Positions 36,123-44,156 of a DNA stretch of 44,307 nucleotides are shown one piece after another (the first letter of the stretch is position 1; each line of letters starts with the position of its first letter). The DNA comes from Thermoproteota archaeon. Lineage in GTDB: Archaea > Thermoproteota > Thermoprotei_A > Sulfolobales > Acidilobaceae. The translations under genes were made by a program, and so were the position numbers. The notes beneath the pieces were generated by a model, which was not told the DNA's origin, searched no databases, and saw only the letters and a list, made by a program, of their open reading frames with translations. The stretch is from contig JAADGB010000119.1 in NCBI GenBank assembly GCA_013152575.1, positions 1 to 44,307 on the forward strand, given 5' to 3'.

Positions 36123-36980
36123 ATGGGTAACACCTGTCGACTCGTCGAGGGACCCGCCTTGTCCAGGGACGATTGTGGATTCATATGTGAGAGACTATTG
36201 GGCCAGCGTCACAGTAGGTGGATTGCTAGGGCTCTCAGGAAATGGCTTGATAGAAGGGACCCCTCGTGCTGCTATCATGAGCTTTCAAAGATGGAGCCCG
36301 GCTATTATGGTTGGAGTGTTATGGTATCAGACTTTGAAGAATTCTACAAGAGGATGAGTGGCAAGCGTAAGATTAGGCTGCCCGAGCCATTAGCTGAGAG
36401 CGGCGTTGATACACTTGCAGCATTAAGGTCTAGGCGTAGTAGGCGTAGTTATGCTAGGAAGCCGTTGGGTCTGGGAGAGCTTGCTACACTTTTGTACTAT
36501 ACTGTTGGGATCACTGGGAGAGCTTGGTGGGGTGGCCCTAAGAGGACGTATCCAAGTGCTGGCGGATTGCAGCCTGTTGAGGCTTATGTGGTCTCACTCA
36601 ATGTTGATGGTTTGGAGCAGGGAGTATATCATTATAATCCCGGCGATCATTCTCTAGAAGAAATCTACACTGGCGATGTAGGGGAGAAACTCTACAGGGC
36701 TTGCCTAGACCAGGAGCACGTGCTTGAAGCACCAGCGAATATTGTATTGACAATTGTTTACTCGAGGACGGCTTCAAAGTACGGGTTGAGGGCCTATAGG
36801 TATGCAGTCATGGATGTAGCCTTCGCTGGCGAGAACGTCTACCTGGTAAGCGAGGCACTAGGACTAGCTACTGTCGCTGTTGGCGCATTCTATGATGAAA
36901 TGCTATGCAATATACTAGGCGTGGATTGTGAATGGGAGTATCCGATGCTCGTTTTCCCAGTGGGATGGCGGCAAACCTAG
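36123..36980 (+). CDS. SagB-type dehydrogenase domain protein (nitroreductase superfamily) with a Cys-rich N-terminal extension
   Basis: It has LRSRRSRRSYARKPL, YPSAGGLQPVEAYVV and GVYHYNPGDHSLEEI. The enzyme core starts near 36321 (MVSDFEEFYKR). The frame is open from ATG 36123, which sits about 32 nt after an AATATTAT box, so I keep the long form. The start is uncertain. Confidence 0.75.
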   Translation: MGNTCRLVEGPALSRDDCGFICERLLGQRHSRWIARALRKWLDRRDPSCCYHELSKMEPGYYGWSVMVSDFEEFYKRMSGKRKIRLPEPLAESGVDTLAALRSRRSRRSYARKPLGLGELATLLYYTVGITGRAWWGGPKRTYPSAGGLQPVEAYVVSLNVDGLEQGVYHYNPGDHSLEEIYTGDVGEKLYRACLDQEHVLEAPANIVLTIVYSRTASKYGLRAYRYAVMDVAFAGENVYLVSEALGLATVAVGAFYDEMLCNILGVDCEWEYPMLVFPVGWRQT

Positions 36981-37001
36981 CCCGAGTCAAAACCGGAGGT
37001 A

Positions 37002-38426
37002 ATGGCAACGTTAAATTCTGATGTATACGATGCATATCGTGGTGAAACCTACTTGGCCAGTATAGCTAGGAGAATAGCTGAGTGGGCTTATTCGCTCTCC
37101 TACGACCAGCTACCGGCTGAAGTGATTGAAGAGGTTAAGAAGAGGTTCATCGACAGCCTCGGAGTAGCGGTCGGAGCATACTATGAGGAACCAGTCAAGA
37201 TAGCGAGAGCCATCGCTAGGGGTACTGCTGGCTCCCTCGTAAGGGCCACGCTCTGGGGGACAAGGAGTCTAGCCGCAGCGGATCACGCTGACTTCGCCAA
37301 TGGCTGTGCTACAAGGTACTTCGACTTCAATGATACCTACCTGTCAAAGGAGGCTCTACACCCGAGCGACTCGATCCCCGCAGTCATAGCCGCAGCGGAG
37401 ATAGTTGATGCACCCGCTGAGAGGATAGTTGAGGGTATTGTAGCGGCGTATGAGGTAATCGGAGCCCTAGCAGACGCATATAGTGTAAGGTCGAGGGGAC
37501 TAGACCATACGGTATACATCAATATAGGCAGTGCTGTTGGAGCTGCCAAGGTACTAGGCTTAGACGTCGACCGGTTCGAACACGCAGTCAACATTGCAAC
37601 CAACACAAGCCTAGCCCTCAGACAGACCCGAGCAGGAGAATTATCAATGTGGAAGGGATGCGCTGCAGCTCACGCATCGAGGAACGGGTTGTTCTCAGCC
37701 CTTCTAGCCTGGAAGGGTATGACGGGTCCCTCACCAGTCTTCGAAGGCGAGTTCGGCTTCTTCAACGTAGCACTCTGCGGTGACAAGTTCGAGCTACCCG
37801 AGCTCGGCGGGTCAAAGTATAGGATAATGAAGACGAGCATCAAGTACTGGCCCGTCGAATACCACTCAATGTCAGCGGTTGAGGCAGCGCTCAACATAGT
37901 CGAGAAGGTCGGCAGGATCGACCCGGACCAGGTCGAGGAGATCAAGCTGGATACCTTCACCGTCAGCTACAAGATAATTGTGAAGGACCCGGAGAAGTGG
38001 GACCCGAAGACCAGGGAGACCGCCGACCACAGCCTACCATATATTGTAGCGGCCGCGCTGATAGATGGAAGAGTATGGCTGGAAACCTTCAAGCCAGAGC
38101 GCTACCTGGCAGAGGATGTCAGAAAGCTAATGAAGAAGATGAAGGTGGAAGTCGACCCCAAGGCAGACGAACTCTACCCTGATGGAATCCTGAACAGGAT
38201 CACGATAAAGTTCAAGGATGGGAGAACAATCAGCGAGGAGAGCACCTATCCGCCCGGGCACTTCATGAACCCACTCGATAGGAGCGGTGTGGAAGAGAAG
38301 TTCCTACGCCTAGTGACACGCTACGTTGACGAGGCCAGGGCAAAGGAGTTCTTGCTGAAGGCGTGGAGCCTGGAGAAGGTTGAGGATATAGGAGGCCTCC
38401 TCAGACTGCTAGCCGTTGAGGACTAG
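37002..38426 (+). CDS. MmgE/PrpD-family protein (2-methylcitrate dehydratase-like)
   Basis: 474 aa. It has a PrpD-type N-terminus (IAEWAYSLSYDQLPAEVIEEVKKRFIDSLGVAVGAY) plus HPSDSIPAVIAAAE and ADHSLPYIVAAAL motifs. Confidence 0.85.
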   Translation: MATLNSDVYDAYRGETYLASIARRIAEWAYSLSYDQLPAEVIEEVKKRFIDSLGVAVGAYYEEPVKIARAIARGTAGSLVRATLWGTRSLAAADHADFANGCATRYFDFNDTYLSKEALHPSDSIPAVIAAAEIVDAPAERIVEGIVAAYEVIGALADAYSVRSRGLDHTVYINIGSAVGAAKVLGLDVDRFEHAVNIATNTSLALRQTRAGELSMWKGCAAAHASRNGLFSALLAWKGMTGPSPVFEGEFGFFNVALCGDKFELPELGGSKYRIMKTSIKYWPVEYHSMSAVEAALNIVEKVGRIDPDQVEEIKLDTFTVSYKIIVKDPEKWDPKTRETADHSLPYIVAAALIDGRVWLETFKPERYLAEDVRKLMKKMKVEVDPKADELYPDGILNRITIKFKDGRTISEESTYPPGHFMNPLDRSGVEEKFLRLVTRYVDEARAKEFLLKAWSLEKVEDIGGLLRLLAVED

Positions 38427-39640
38427 CGCCTCCTCCTCGTTATCTTCACCTTTTTCTGAACTCCTAACACGTAGTATCCTCCGATAACTCCGAGGAGTGC
38501 TCCTATGAAGAATGCGGCTATTGATATTGCTCCTTCCTTCTGTATCCTTTCTGTTAGCCTCTCTATCTGGTAGTCCCTCACCTTAACCTCATTCTTCCAG
38601 TAGGACTCGCATCCCTGATACTCTGCCAGCGTCTTTGTCAGGTTCTCGTTCTCCTTGGTTAGGTTTGATAACCTCTCCTTGAGCAGGTTTAGCGTATTGT
38701 TGAACTGATCTATCAGCTCATTAGTGTATACTACTACTTTGAAGTCCTCAGCGGCTCCAGGGTAAGCGTTCTTTATCGGTTCCTCGAGGCCTGCGGCTAG
38801 TATCGCGTAGGGATCGTAGCCTGCCGCTACTAGTCTCACGCCAGCCGCTACGGGGGCCCCTCCTGGATAAGCCGCTGTTAGGAGAATGTATCCTGAGGTC
38901 GCATTATAGGGGTTCTCTTGGAGGTCGCTGGGGTAGATTCCTCCAGCTTCTGCGGGGCTTACATATCCTGGCAGGTTGGAGTACCCGGCGATGAATTTCA
39001 GGGTGTTGGTGTTGTTTGCCTGCTTTAAACCGAGCAGTGCTATTGCGTCTAGGCCTAGGCCTGTTGACATTAGTGTCACGTTGGTTGTCTGTATGGTTAG
39101 TGATGCCCCAGAATAGTATGATATTGCCTGCGTCCATAGGTCGGCTATGCTTTCATTGACTGGTACCACTAAGTAGTACATTGTGGGGCCTGAGGGTGCA
39201 GTGAGTACTATGTCGATGTATGGTCTGAAGGAACCCATTATTATCCTGAGGGTTAGGGTAGAGTCTCCCACAGTCCCCGTGAAGTCGGCTTCTACCAGGT
39301 CTGGGGATCTCTGTATGACTTGATAGCTTGTCCAGTTCACCTTTTGCGTTAAGCCCTCGCTGACGTAGAGGACGTCTATGGCTGGTAGGCCTTTTGGATT
39401 TACTTGGAGGGCTGGTTTCTCGTTTTTGGTCGCGTATAATACGGTGGGGGAGTTGGTCTTCTTATTAATAATTAATTCATTATAAGTTGTCTTAATTATT
39501 ACAGTCTGGTTGGTCTCCGTCACATTCAGATACGGAGTTGGAATAGCTTGGCTCAGGACCGTCTGGGCCGATGATATCGGAGAGTAGATGAAGAGGCTCG
39601 CCAGCACCAGTGCTATCAGGACAACCGCAACCTTCTTCAA
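38423..39640 (-). CDS. Surface protein: signal peptide, beta-rich ectodomain, coiled-coil stalk, C-terminal TM anchor
   Basis: It has a signal peptide (VVLIALVLASLFIYSPISSAQ) and many N-x-S/T sequons. A heptad region (LIDQFNNTLNLLKERLSNLTKENENLTKTLAEY...IERLTERIQKE) is followed by a TM helix and KKVKITRRRR. Confidence 0.6.
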   Translation of the reverse strand: MKKVAVVLIALVLASLFIYSPISSAQTVLSQAIPTPYLNVTETNQTVIIKTTYNELIINKKTNSPTVLYATKNEKPALQVNPKGLPAIDVLYVSEGLTQKVNWTSYQVIQRSPDLVEADFTGTVGDSTLTLRIIMGSFRPYIDIVLTAPSGPTMYYLVVPVNESIADLWTQAISYYSGASLTIQTTNVTLMSTGLGLDAIALLGLKQANNTNTLKFIAGYSNLPGYVSPAEAGGIYPSDLQENPYNATSGYILLTAAYPGGAPVAAGVRLVAAGYDPYAILAAGLEEPIKNAYPGAAEDFKVVVYTNELIDQFNNTLNLLKERLSNLTKENENLTKTLAEYQGCESYWKNEVKVRDYQIERLTERIQKEGAISIAAFFIGALLGVIGGYYVLGVQKKVKITRRRR

Positions 39641-39658
39641 TATCTGACACCAAAAGGG

Positions 39659-39674
39659 GGTTAGGCCTCTAACC
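39659..39674. promoter_or_regulatory. Palindrome GGTTAG-GCCT-CTAACC between a TATA-like box and the start of the surface-protein gene (candidate operator)
   Basis: The 6-bp arms are exact. On the minus strand the palindrome follows AAACAATAATAAACC and precedes the TTG start by about 20 nt. Confidence 0.25.
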
Positions 39675-39727
39675 GGTTTATTATTGTTTAGAATAGCCTT
39701 TTCATTAGTGCAGGTGAAACGAGCATA

Positions 39728-40135
39728 TTGAAGAGCGGGTGCAAGAAACCATTCAAGGCGAAAGTATTCAGCGGACTAGGAGAAGGAGAGTTCTACGTGA
39801 GCATCTATAGCCGTGGCTTTAGAGTTAAGCTGGGCATAACACCCTATCCCGGGACATTGAATGCGAGGCTAATAGATGAGGATGTCGATGAATTCAATAA
39901 ATGCCTCAACAGCGTTGATGGTGTTAAGATCGATCCACCACCGATCCCGAACGCAAAACTTGCACCCGTAATAGTGTATCCCGCACATCTCAACGGGTAC
40001 CCTGTGTGGATAGTGAGACCCATGATAACAGTGTATAAGAGAGACGTGGTTGAGCTGATAGCTGATGTTAGACTCCGAGATCTCTTAGGGTTGAGTGATG
40101 GATCAATTATAGAAATCTACCTGAGGGATGAATAA
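39728..40135 (+). CDS. ribK: CTP-dependent riboflavin kinase (archaeal RibK)
   Basis: KVFSGLGEGEFYVSIY and ITPYPGTLNARL match the MJ0056-type motifs (SGLGEG..f and PY.GTLN). The C-terminus reads SDGSIIEIYL. The start is TTG. Confidence 0.85.
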   Translation: MKSGCKKPFKAKVFSGLGEGEFYVSIYSRGFRVKLGITPYPGTLNARLIDEDVDEFNKCLNSVDGVKIDPPPIPNAKLAPVIVYPAHLNGYPVWIVRPMITVYKRDVVELIADVRLRDLLGLSDGSIIEIYLRDE

Positions 40136-40140
40136 TCTAG

Positions 40141-40212
40141 TGTTGGCCGCGGGGAACCTCCCACTCATCCATACCCCGTAACGGGATGTTGTGGGAGAGC
40201 GGGGCCGCGGCC
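40141..40212 (-). ncRNA. GC-rich two-stem hairpin followed by ACA: candidate H/ACA-like guide sRNA, or alternatively a 3'-end hairpin shared by convergent genes
   Basis: Minus-strand RNA: GGCCGCGG-CCCCGCU-CUCCCAC-(26 nt with a CCCG/CGGG mini-stem)-GUGGGAG-GUUCC-CCGCGGCC-A-ACA. It has a perfect 8-bp lower stem, a 7/5-nt internal loop and a perfect 7-bp upper stem. The ACA lies 14 nt from the base of the upper stem. I could not find a canonical K-turn. Confidence 0.3.
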
Positions 40213-40243
40213 AGTAGATTATGAGATGTTGTGTCCGTGTCTA

Positions 40244-41629
40244 TTAGTGTTTCTTGGGTTTTTCTCCTAGGTGTCTCATGAGTAATCTGGCTGCCACTAT
40301 GAGGGAGTCCCATACTGGTGCTAGTGGAGGCGCGTATCCTATGTCTGACGCGAAGAGATCCCATACCGTGCCTCCTGTTGTTAGTAGTGATGCTATAACA
40401 TTGATTCTCCATAGGACTGTCTCGCTCTTACCAACGCCTTGAGCGCCCAGTAGCTTTCCTGTGTCAGCGTCTGCTATGATCCTCAGTGTTAGAGGGGCTG
40501 CTCCTGGTATGTAGTGGGCTTTCGTCCTAGCGTTGAGCGTGGCCTCTACAACGTTGTAACCCAGCTTTTCAGCCTCAGCCTTTGAGAGTCCTGTCCTGGC
40601 TACCACCATGTCGAAGGTCTTGAATGTGCTGGTTCCAACACTGCCTGGGAATACGGCCTCTCTCCCTGCAATGTTGCTGCCGGCGACGTATCCTTGCTTG
40701 TTAGCGATTTGTGCGAAGGGTCTCCACACCATTCTACCAGTTACCAGGTCTTTGTGTTCGACAGCGTCGCCTACTGCGTATACGAAGTCGATGTTGGTCC
40801 TCATGTGCTCGTCAGTCCATATTGCACCGGTTTCCCCAATCTTCACTCCGATCTGTTTAGCTAGGTCGACGTTTGGCTCTATCCCAACTCCTACTATGAA
40901 TAGGTCTCCTTCAATCTCTCCGTTATCAGTCACTATTGAGACTGTCTTTCCGTTTGTTATCTTGAACTCCTTGACCGGGGAACCTGTTACGACGTTTACC
41001 CCCTTTGATCTGAGCTCGTCTTCCACTTGCTTAGCTAGGTCTGGGTCGAGAGTCCTTGGTGCCACCTGGTCTAGTGCCTCGACTAGGGTTACCTTTAATC
41101 CTATGTTTGTCAGCGTCTCTGCGAATTCCAGGCCGACATAGCCTGCACCGACTATGACTGCCTTGGACCCTGATCTTAGCTTGAGAGCGTAGTCTCGTAT
41201 CTCCTTGGCCGTGTCGAGGTGTTTAATGTAGAATACGTTTGACGCCTCGTTTATCTCAGGCCATATCTTCGGGGCCTTACTCCTGGCTCCTGTCGCGAGG
41301 AGGAGGTAGTCGAACTCTATCTTGTCCTCTCGACCCGTCTTTAGATCCTTAAAGTATACAGTCTTAGTATCTAGGTCGATGCTGGTTACTTCGGTTTCTA
41401 GTCTTAGGTCTATTCCCCTCTTCTTAGTGAATTCTTCCGGCGTGTAGTATACTAGGTCGTTCAGCCTCTTTACAATGCATCCCACATGGTATGGTATACC
41501 ACATAGTGCGAAGCTTACCCAACTCGTCTTCTCGAATACCACGACGTCCATTGACTTGTTTAGTCTCTTTGCTCTTGACGCGGCGGCCATTCCAGCCGCT
41601 CCGCCACCGATTACTACTAGCCTAGTCAT
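40244..41629 (-). CDS. CoA-disulfide reductase / NADH oxidase family flavoprotein
   Basis: It has an FAD site (LVVIGGGAAGMAAASRAKRL), the single redox Cys motif SFALCGIPY, and an NAD(P) site (AVIVGAGYVGLEFAE). Confidence 0.88.
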   Translation of the reverse strand: MTRLVVIGGGAAGMAAASRAKRLNKSMDVVVFEKTSWVSFALCGIPYHVGCIVKRLNDLVYYTPEEFTKKRGIDLRLETEVTSIDLDTKTVYFKDLKTGREDKIEFDYLLLATGARSKAPKIWPEINEASNVFYIKHLDTAKEIRDYALKLRSGSKAVIVGAGYVGLEFAETLTNIGLKVTLVEALDQVAPRTLDPDLAKQVEDELRSKGVNVVTGSPVKEFKITNGKTVSIVTDNGEIEGDLFIVGVGIEPNVDLAKQIGVKIGETGAIWTDEHMRTNIDFVYAVGDAVEHKDLVTGRMVWRPFAQIANKQGYVAGSNIAGREAVFPGSVGTSTFKTFDMVVARTGLSKAEAEKLGYNVVEATLNARTKAHYIPGAAPLTLRIIADADTGKLLGAQGVGKSETVLWRINVIASLLTTGGTVWDLFASDIGYAPPLAPVWDSLIVAARLLMRHLGEKPKKH

Positions 41630-41752
41630 GGAATCACCGTTCTCTCAAGTGTAGGATGCGGATTATTGTATTTACTCAATACGTCTCTTCTACGAGCATT
41701 AATTAGCCCCGTATCCTGGCTTAATAGAACAAAAAGGGGGGTATCGTGGCGC

Positions 41753-42955
41753 TTGCCGCACCTGGAAGCCGATATTGGCGTAGTCCATGGAAGGATAGTT
41801 GAAGGCCTAAAGATCCCGTTCTACAAGGACGTATACTTCGAGACGGTGTTCATCCCAGGTTTCAGCGATACACACGCGCACCCCCAGGTTATTGATGCTG
41901 GACTCGACACTCAAGGGACGTTTTGGAGGAATAGCTACGAGTGGCTTGACGAGAGAAAACTCCATATCGATGAGGTCATGGTTAGGCAGGATATTGGACT
42001 CTCCACTAGGCTCGCGGAGCTCGCACTAAAGAGAGCTGTCCTCGAAGGAGTCACGATGATAGCATTTACAGGGGTTTTGGAGGCAAATCTGAAGGCAAGG
42101 TTGAGATTCCCAACCGGTCCCAGGCTAGTGCTATTGCCTACATTGATGGATAAGAAGGGTTGGAGTACCCCGCAGGACGTCTCCCGCCTGTATGAAAAAT
42201 ATAAAAAATATATAAGCGATAGTCTATTAAGAATAGGCGTGTTTGTCCACAGCCTAAAATGGGCTGGCCCGAAGACCTTCTACGGTGCCATAGAGCTAGC
42301 CTCTAAGGGCCGCATGCCTCTCGGACTCCATCTATCTGAGGGCGTAAGCGAGGGGGACCTGTTCAAGTCTAGGATGGCGGTAGTCGATAGACCACCAAGA
42401 ATAGTGGCTGTCCACTGCATCGACGACGATCCAGGTATTCTCGGAATCAGATGTTCCTCATGCCCTGCCTCGAACATGCTGCTCTACAACCGTACTCGCG
42501 AAAGCCTCAAAGGGGTCACGAGTTTTGGCAGTGATTGGCCCCATCTCCTGGGATCGGTTCCTCGCCATCTAGGCCTTATCCTGAAGATATTCCCGGGCCG
42601 GCTCAGCGAAGTTTTAAGGAGGATTACAACTGGTGGATACCAGGATTATGGTGTGTCGCATACAGGTGATCTAGTAGCCTATGATGTCCCGCTCGATAGG
42701 GTCTTGACTGGTAAGCCTCTCCCAAAGCTGGTTATGGTTGCTGGTAGCGTTGTTGTCGAGGAGGGAGCGATCAAGGAGACTGGTGAAACGCTAAGGGTGA
42801 TAGAGAAAGAGACGTTGGAGGTTTCCAAGTACGTGGGCGAGGTCTACGGAGACGGTACTCCACCCCTGGTACCGGGTCCTCAGTATGTGTGGGATATAGT
42901 AGAGGGTCTAGGGGGAGAGCCTCGAATACACCTGGCCAGGAAAACGCCTGTCTAA
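41753..42955 (+). CDS. Metal-dependent amidohydrolase (chlorohydrolase/deaminase-like)
   Basis: It has FIPGFSDTHAHPQ (HxH motif), a later HLSE, and VAVHC. The C-terminus reads GDLVAYDV...VMVAGSVVVEEG. The track start 41666 adds a non-conserved leader, so I prefer TTG 41753 after AAAGGGGGGT. The start is uncertain. Confidence 0.75.
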   Translation: MPHLEADIGVVHGRIVEGLKIPFYKDVYFETVFIPGFSDTHAHPQVIDAGLDTQGTFWRNSYEWLDERKLHIDEVMVRQDIGLSTRLAELALKRAVLEGVTMIAFTGVLEANLKARLRFPTGPRLVLLPTLMDKKGWSTPQDVSRLYEKYKKYISDSLLRIGVFVHSLKWAGPKTFYGAIELASKGRMPLGLHLSEGVSEGDLFKSRMAVVDRPPRIVAVHCIDDDPGILGIRCSSCPASNMLLYNRTRESLKGVTSFGSDWPHLLGSVPRHLGLILKIFPGRLSEVLRRITTGGYQDYGVSHTGDLVAYDVPLDRVLTGKPLPKLVMVAGSVVVEEGAIKETGETLRVIEKETLEVSKYVGEVYGDGTPPLVPGPQYVWDIVEGLGGEPRIHLARKTPV

Positions 42956-43273
42956 TTCCTCTAGTATCAATGAAACCATCTCAGCTAGGCTCGCGGGATC
43001 TGAGCCCTCTACCACTATCCTCACAATGGGGCGTGATAGAGGCATCTTTTCACTTCCTGGAAAGAGAGGTGTGACTTTAACGAGCAGTTTTCCACACGCG
43101 TGGATTGACCAGGATGGGGTCTTTGAGGTTTTATCACAGCTAGTCGATAGAAGCTCGGAGAGGGCGTTTATCACGTTAGGGATTATCATAGGGTCCCTCG
43201 ACTCTATATCTAAGAAGGCCTTGTAGCATTCACTCAACACTATACCCCTCGAATCACGGGGGCTAGAGTCCAC
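42908..43273 (-). CDS. Hypothetical protein, possibly a Pcc1-like KEOPS subunit
   Basis: 121 aa. AFLDIESRDPMIIPNVINALS and IVRIVVEGSDPASLAEMVSLILEEL loosely follow the Pcc1 pattern (a.i.i.f.s...A..v..al, then l.i...a.D..aLRa..nS.lr.l). This is a weak, by-eye call. Confidence 0.3.
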   Translation of the reverse strand: MDSSPRDSRGIVLSECYKAFLDIESRDPMIIPNVINALSELLSTSCDKTSKTPSWSIHACGKLLVKVTPLFPGSEKMPLSRPIVRIVVEGSDPASLAEMVSLILEELDRRFPGQVYSRLSP

Positions 43274-43319
43274 CTAATATTATGCCCTAGCCCCTACACT
43301 TAGAATTATTGGAGGTTCC

Positions 43320-44156
43320 GTGGGATTGAGCGATAGGGACTTGGACAAGCTAAAGCAGGCACTCATGCTCACTTTGTCAGTGCCTGTGAAGCCGGGTGCA
43401 GTTCATAGGTTGCGGTTAGATGCCTTGTTTGAGGCTAGACTGTCAGAGGCAGTGGTTCTAACAAGGTATATGGAGGAGGCTTATGAAAAAGGAGTACAGC
43501 TCGCCAAGGGAAGTGTTGATACCAAGAGTTTGGGCTTGGGGAAACTGTATTCTCAAGCTGTGATAGACGCCTTCGACTTCGTGGGGAAGAGACCGCTTCC
43601 CGGACTCTTCTACTCAGGTATAATGTTATCCGTCGTAGCTGGTTACTCTAGTGAAACGGGAAAGGACGTTATCACAGAGGCCAACAAGCTAGTCAGGCTA
43701 GTACCCTACGGTAGCGACGTGGAGGATACTCTAGCTCTTATAGAGGGCTTGGAGGGTGTAGGTGCAAGCGATCACTTACTAGCCCTAGATCAGCAGGGAA
43801 TAAGCAAGAGAAGTGTAAGGCTACACGCACTATCGATTGGTGATGTCGCTGAAAAGCTTTCATCAATTGATAAGGGATTTCTGTATAACCTCAGAGGATA
43901 TGGCCTATTGAAGGAAACCGCCAACTCACTCCTAACATGCAGTAATCTTGTAGAGGCGATCCTTAGAGCATACTATTATCTTGGAGTCAAGATGGAGATA
44001 TTCAAGAGGATTAATGAGGGAACAAGCTTAATGAGATACTTCATGGAATTGGACAGGGGAGAATACAAGAAGAGATACGATAATGATCAACTACTAGGAG
44101 CAGTTCTATTCGTGGCAGGCCTAGTGCATCTAAGAAAGAGTCTACCACTCCCATAA
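43320..44156 (+). CDS. CitG/MdcB-family (triphosphoribosyl-dephospho-CoA synthase-like) protein
   Basis: ALMLTLSVPVKPGAVHRL resembles the CitG N-terminal motif AL..E....PKPGLVDR. The 278-aa helical protein matches the size of archaeal family members. Confidence 0.4.
   Translation: MGLSDRDLDKLKQALMLTLSVPVKPGAVHRLRLDALFEARLSEAVVLTRYMEEAYEKGVQLAKGSVDTKSLGLGKLYSQAVIDAFDFVGKRPLPGLFYSGIMLSVVAGYSSETGKDVITEANKLVRLVPYGSDVEDTLALIEGLEGVGASDHLLALDQQGISKRSVRLHALSIGDVAEKLSSIDKGFLYNLRGYGLLKETANSLLTCSNLVEAILRAYYYLGVKMEIFKRINEGTSLMRYFMELDRGEYKKRYDNDQLLGAVLFVAGLVHLRKSLPLP

Noticed and set aside
36123-38426. A SagB-type dehydrogenase as a marker of a thiazole/oxazole-modified peptide (TOMM/RiPP) gene cluster.
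   Set aside because: There is no YcaO or cyclodehydratase, no precursor-peptide ORF, no protease and no exporter nearby. Stand-alone SagB-type nitroreductase-fold genes are, as far as I recall, common in archaea.
40137-40412. Track ORF of 91 aa on the minus strand spanning the ribK/nox gap.
   Set aside because: It overlaps the 3' end of the CoADR/Nox CDS in another frame. The remainder is the GC-rich hairpin, so the open frame is a by-product of structure and composition.
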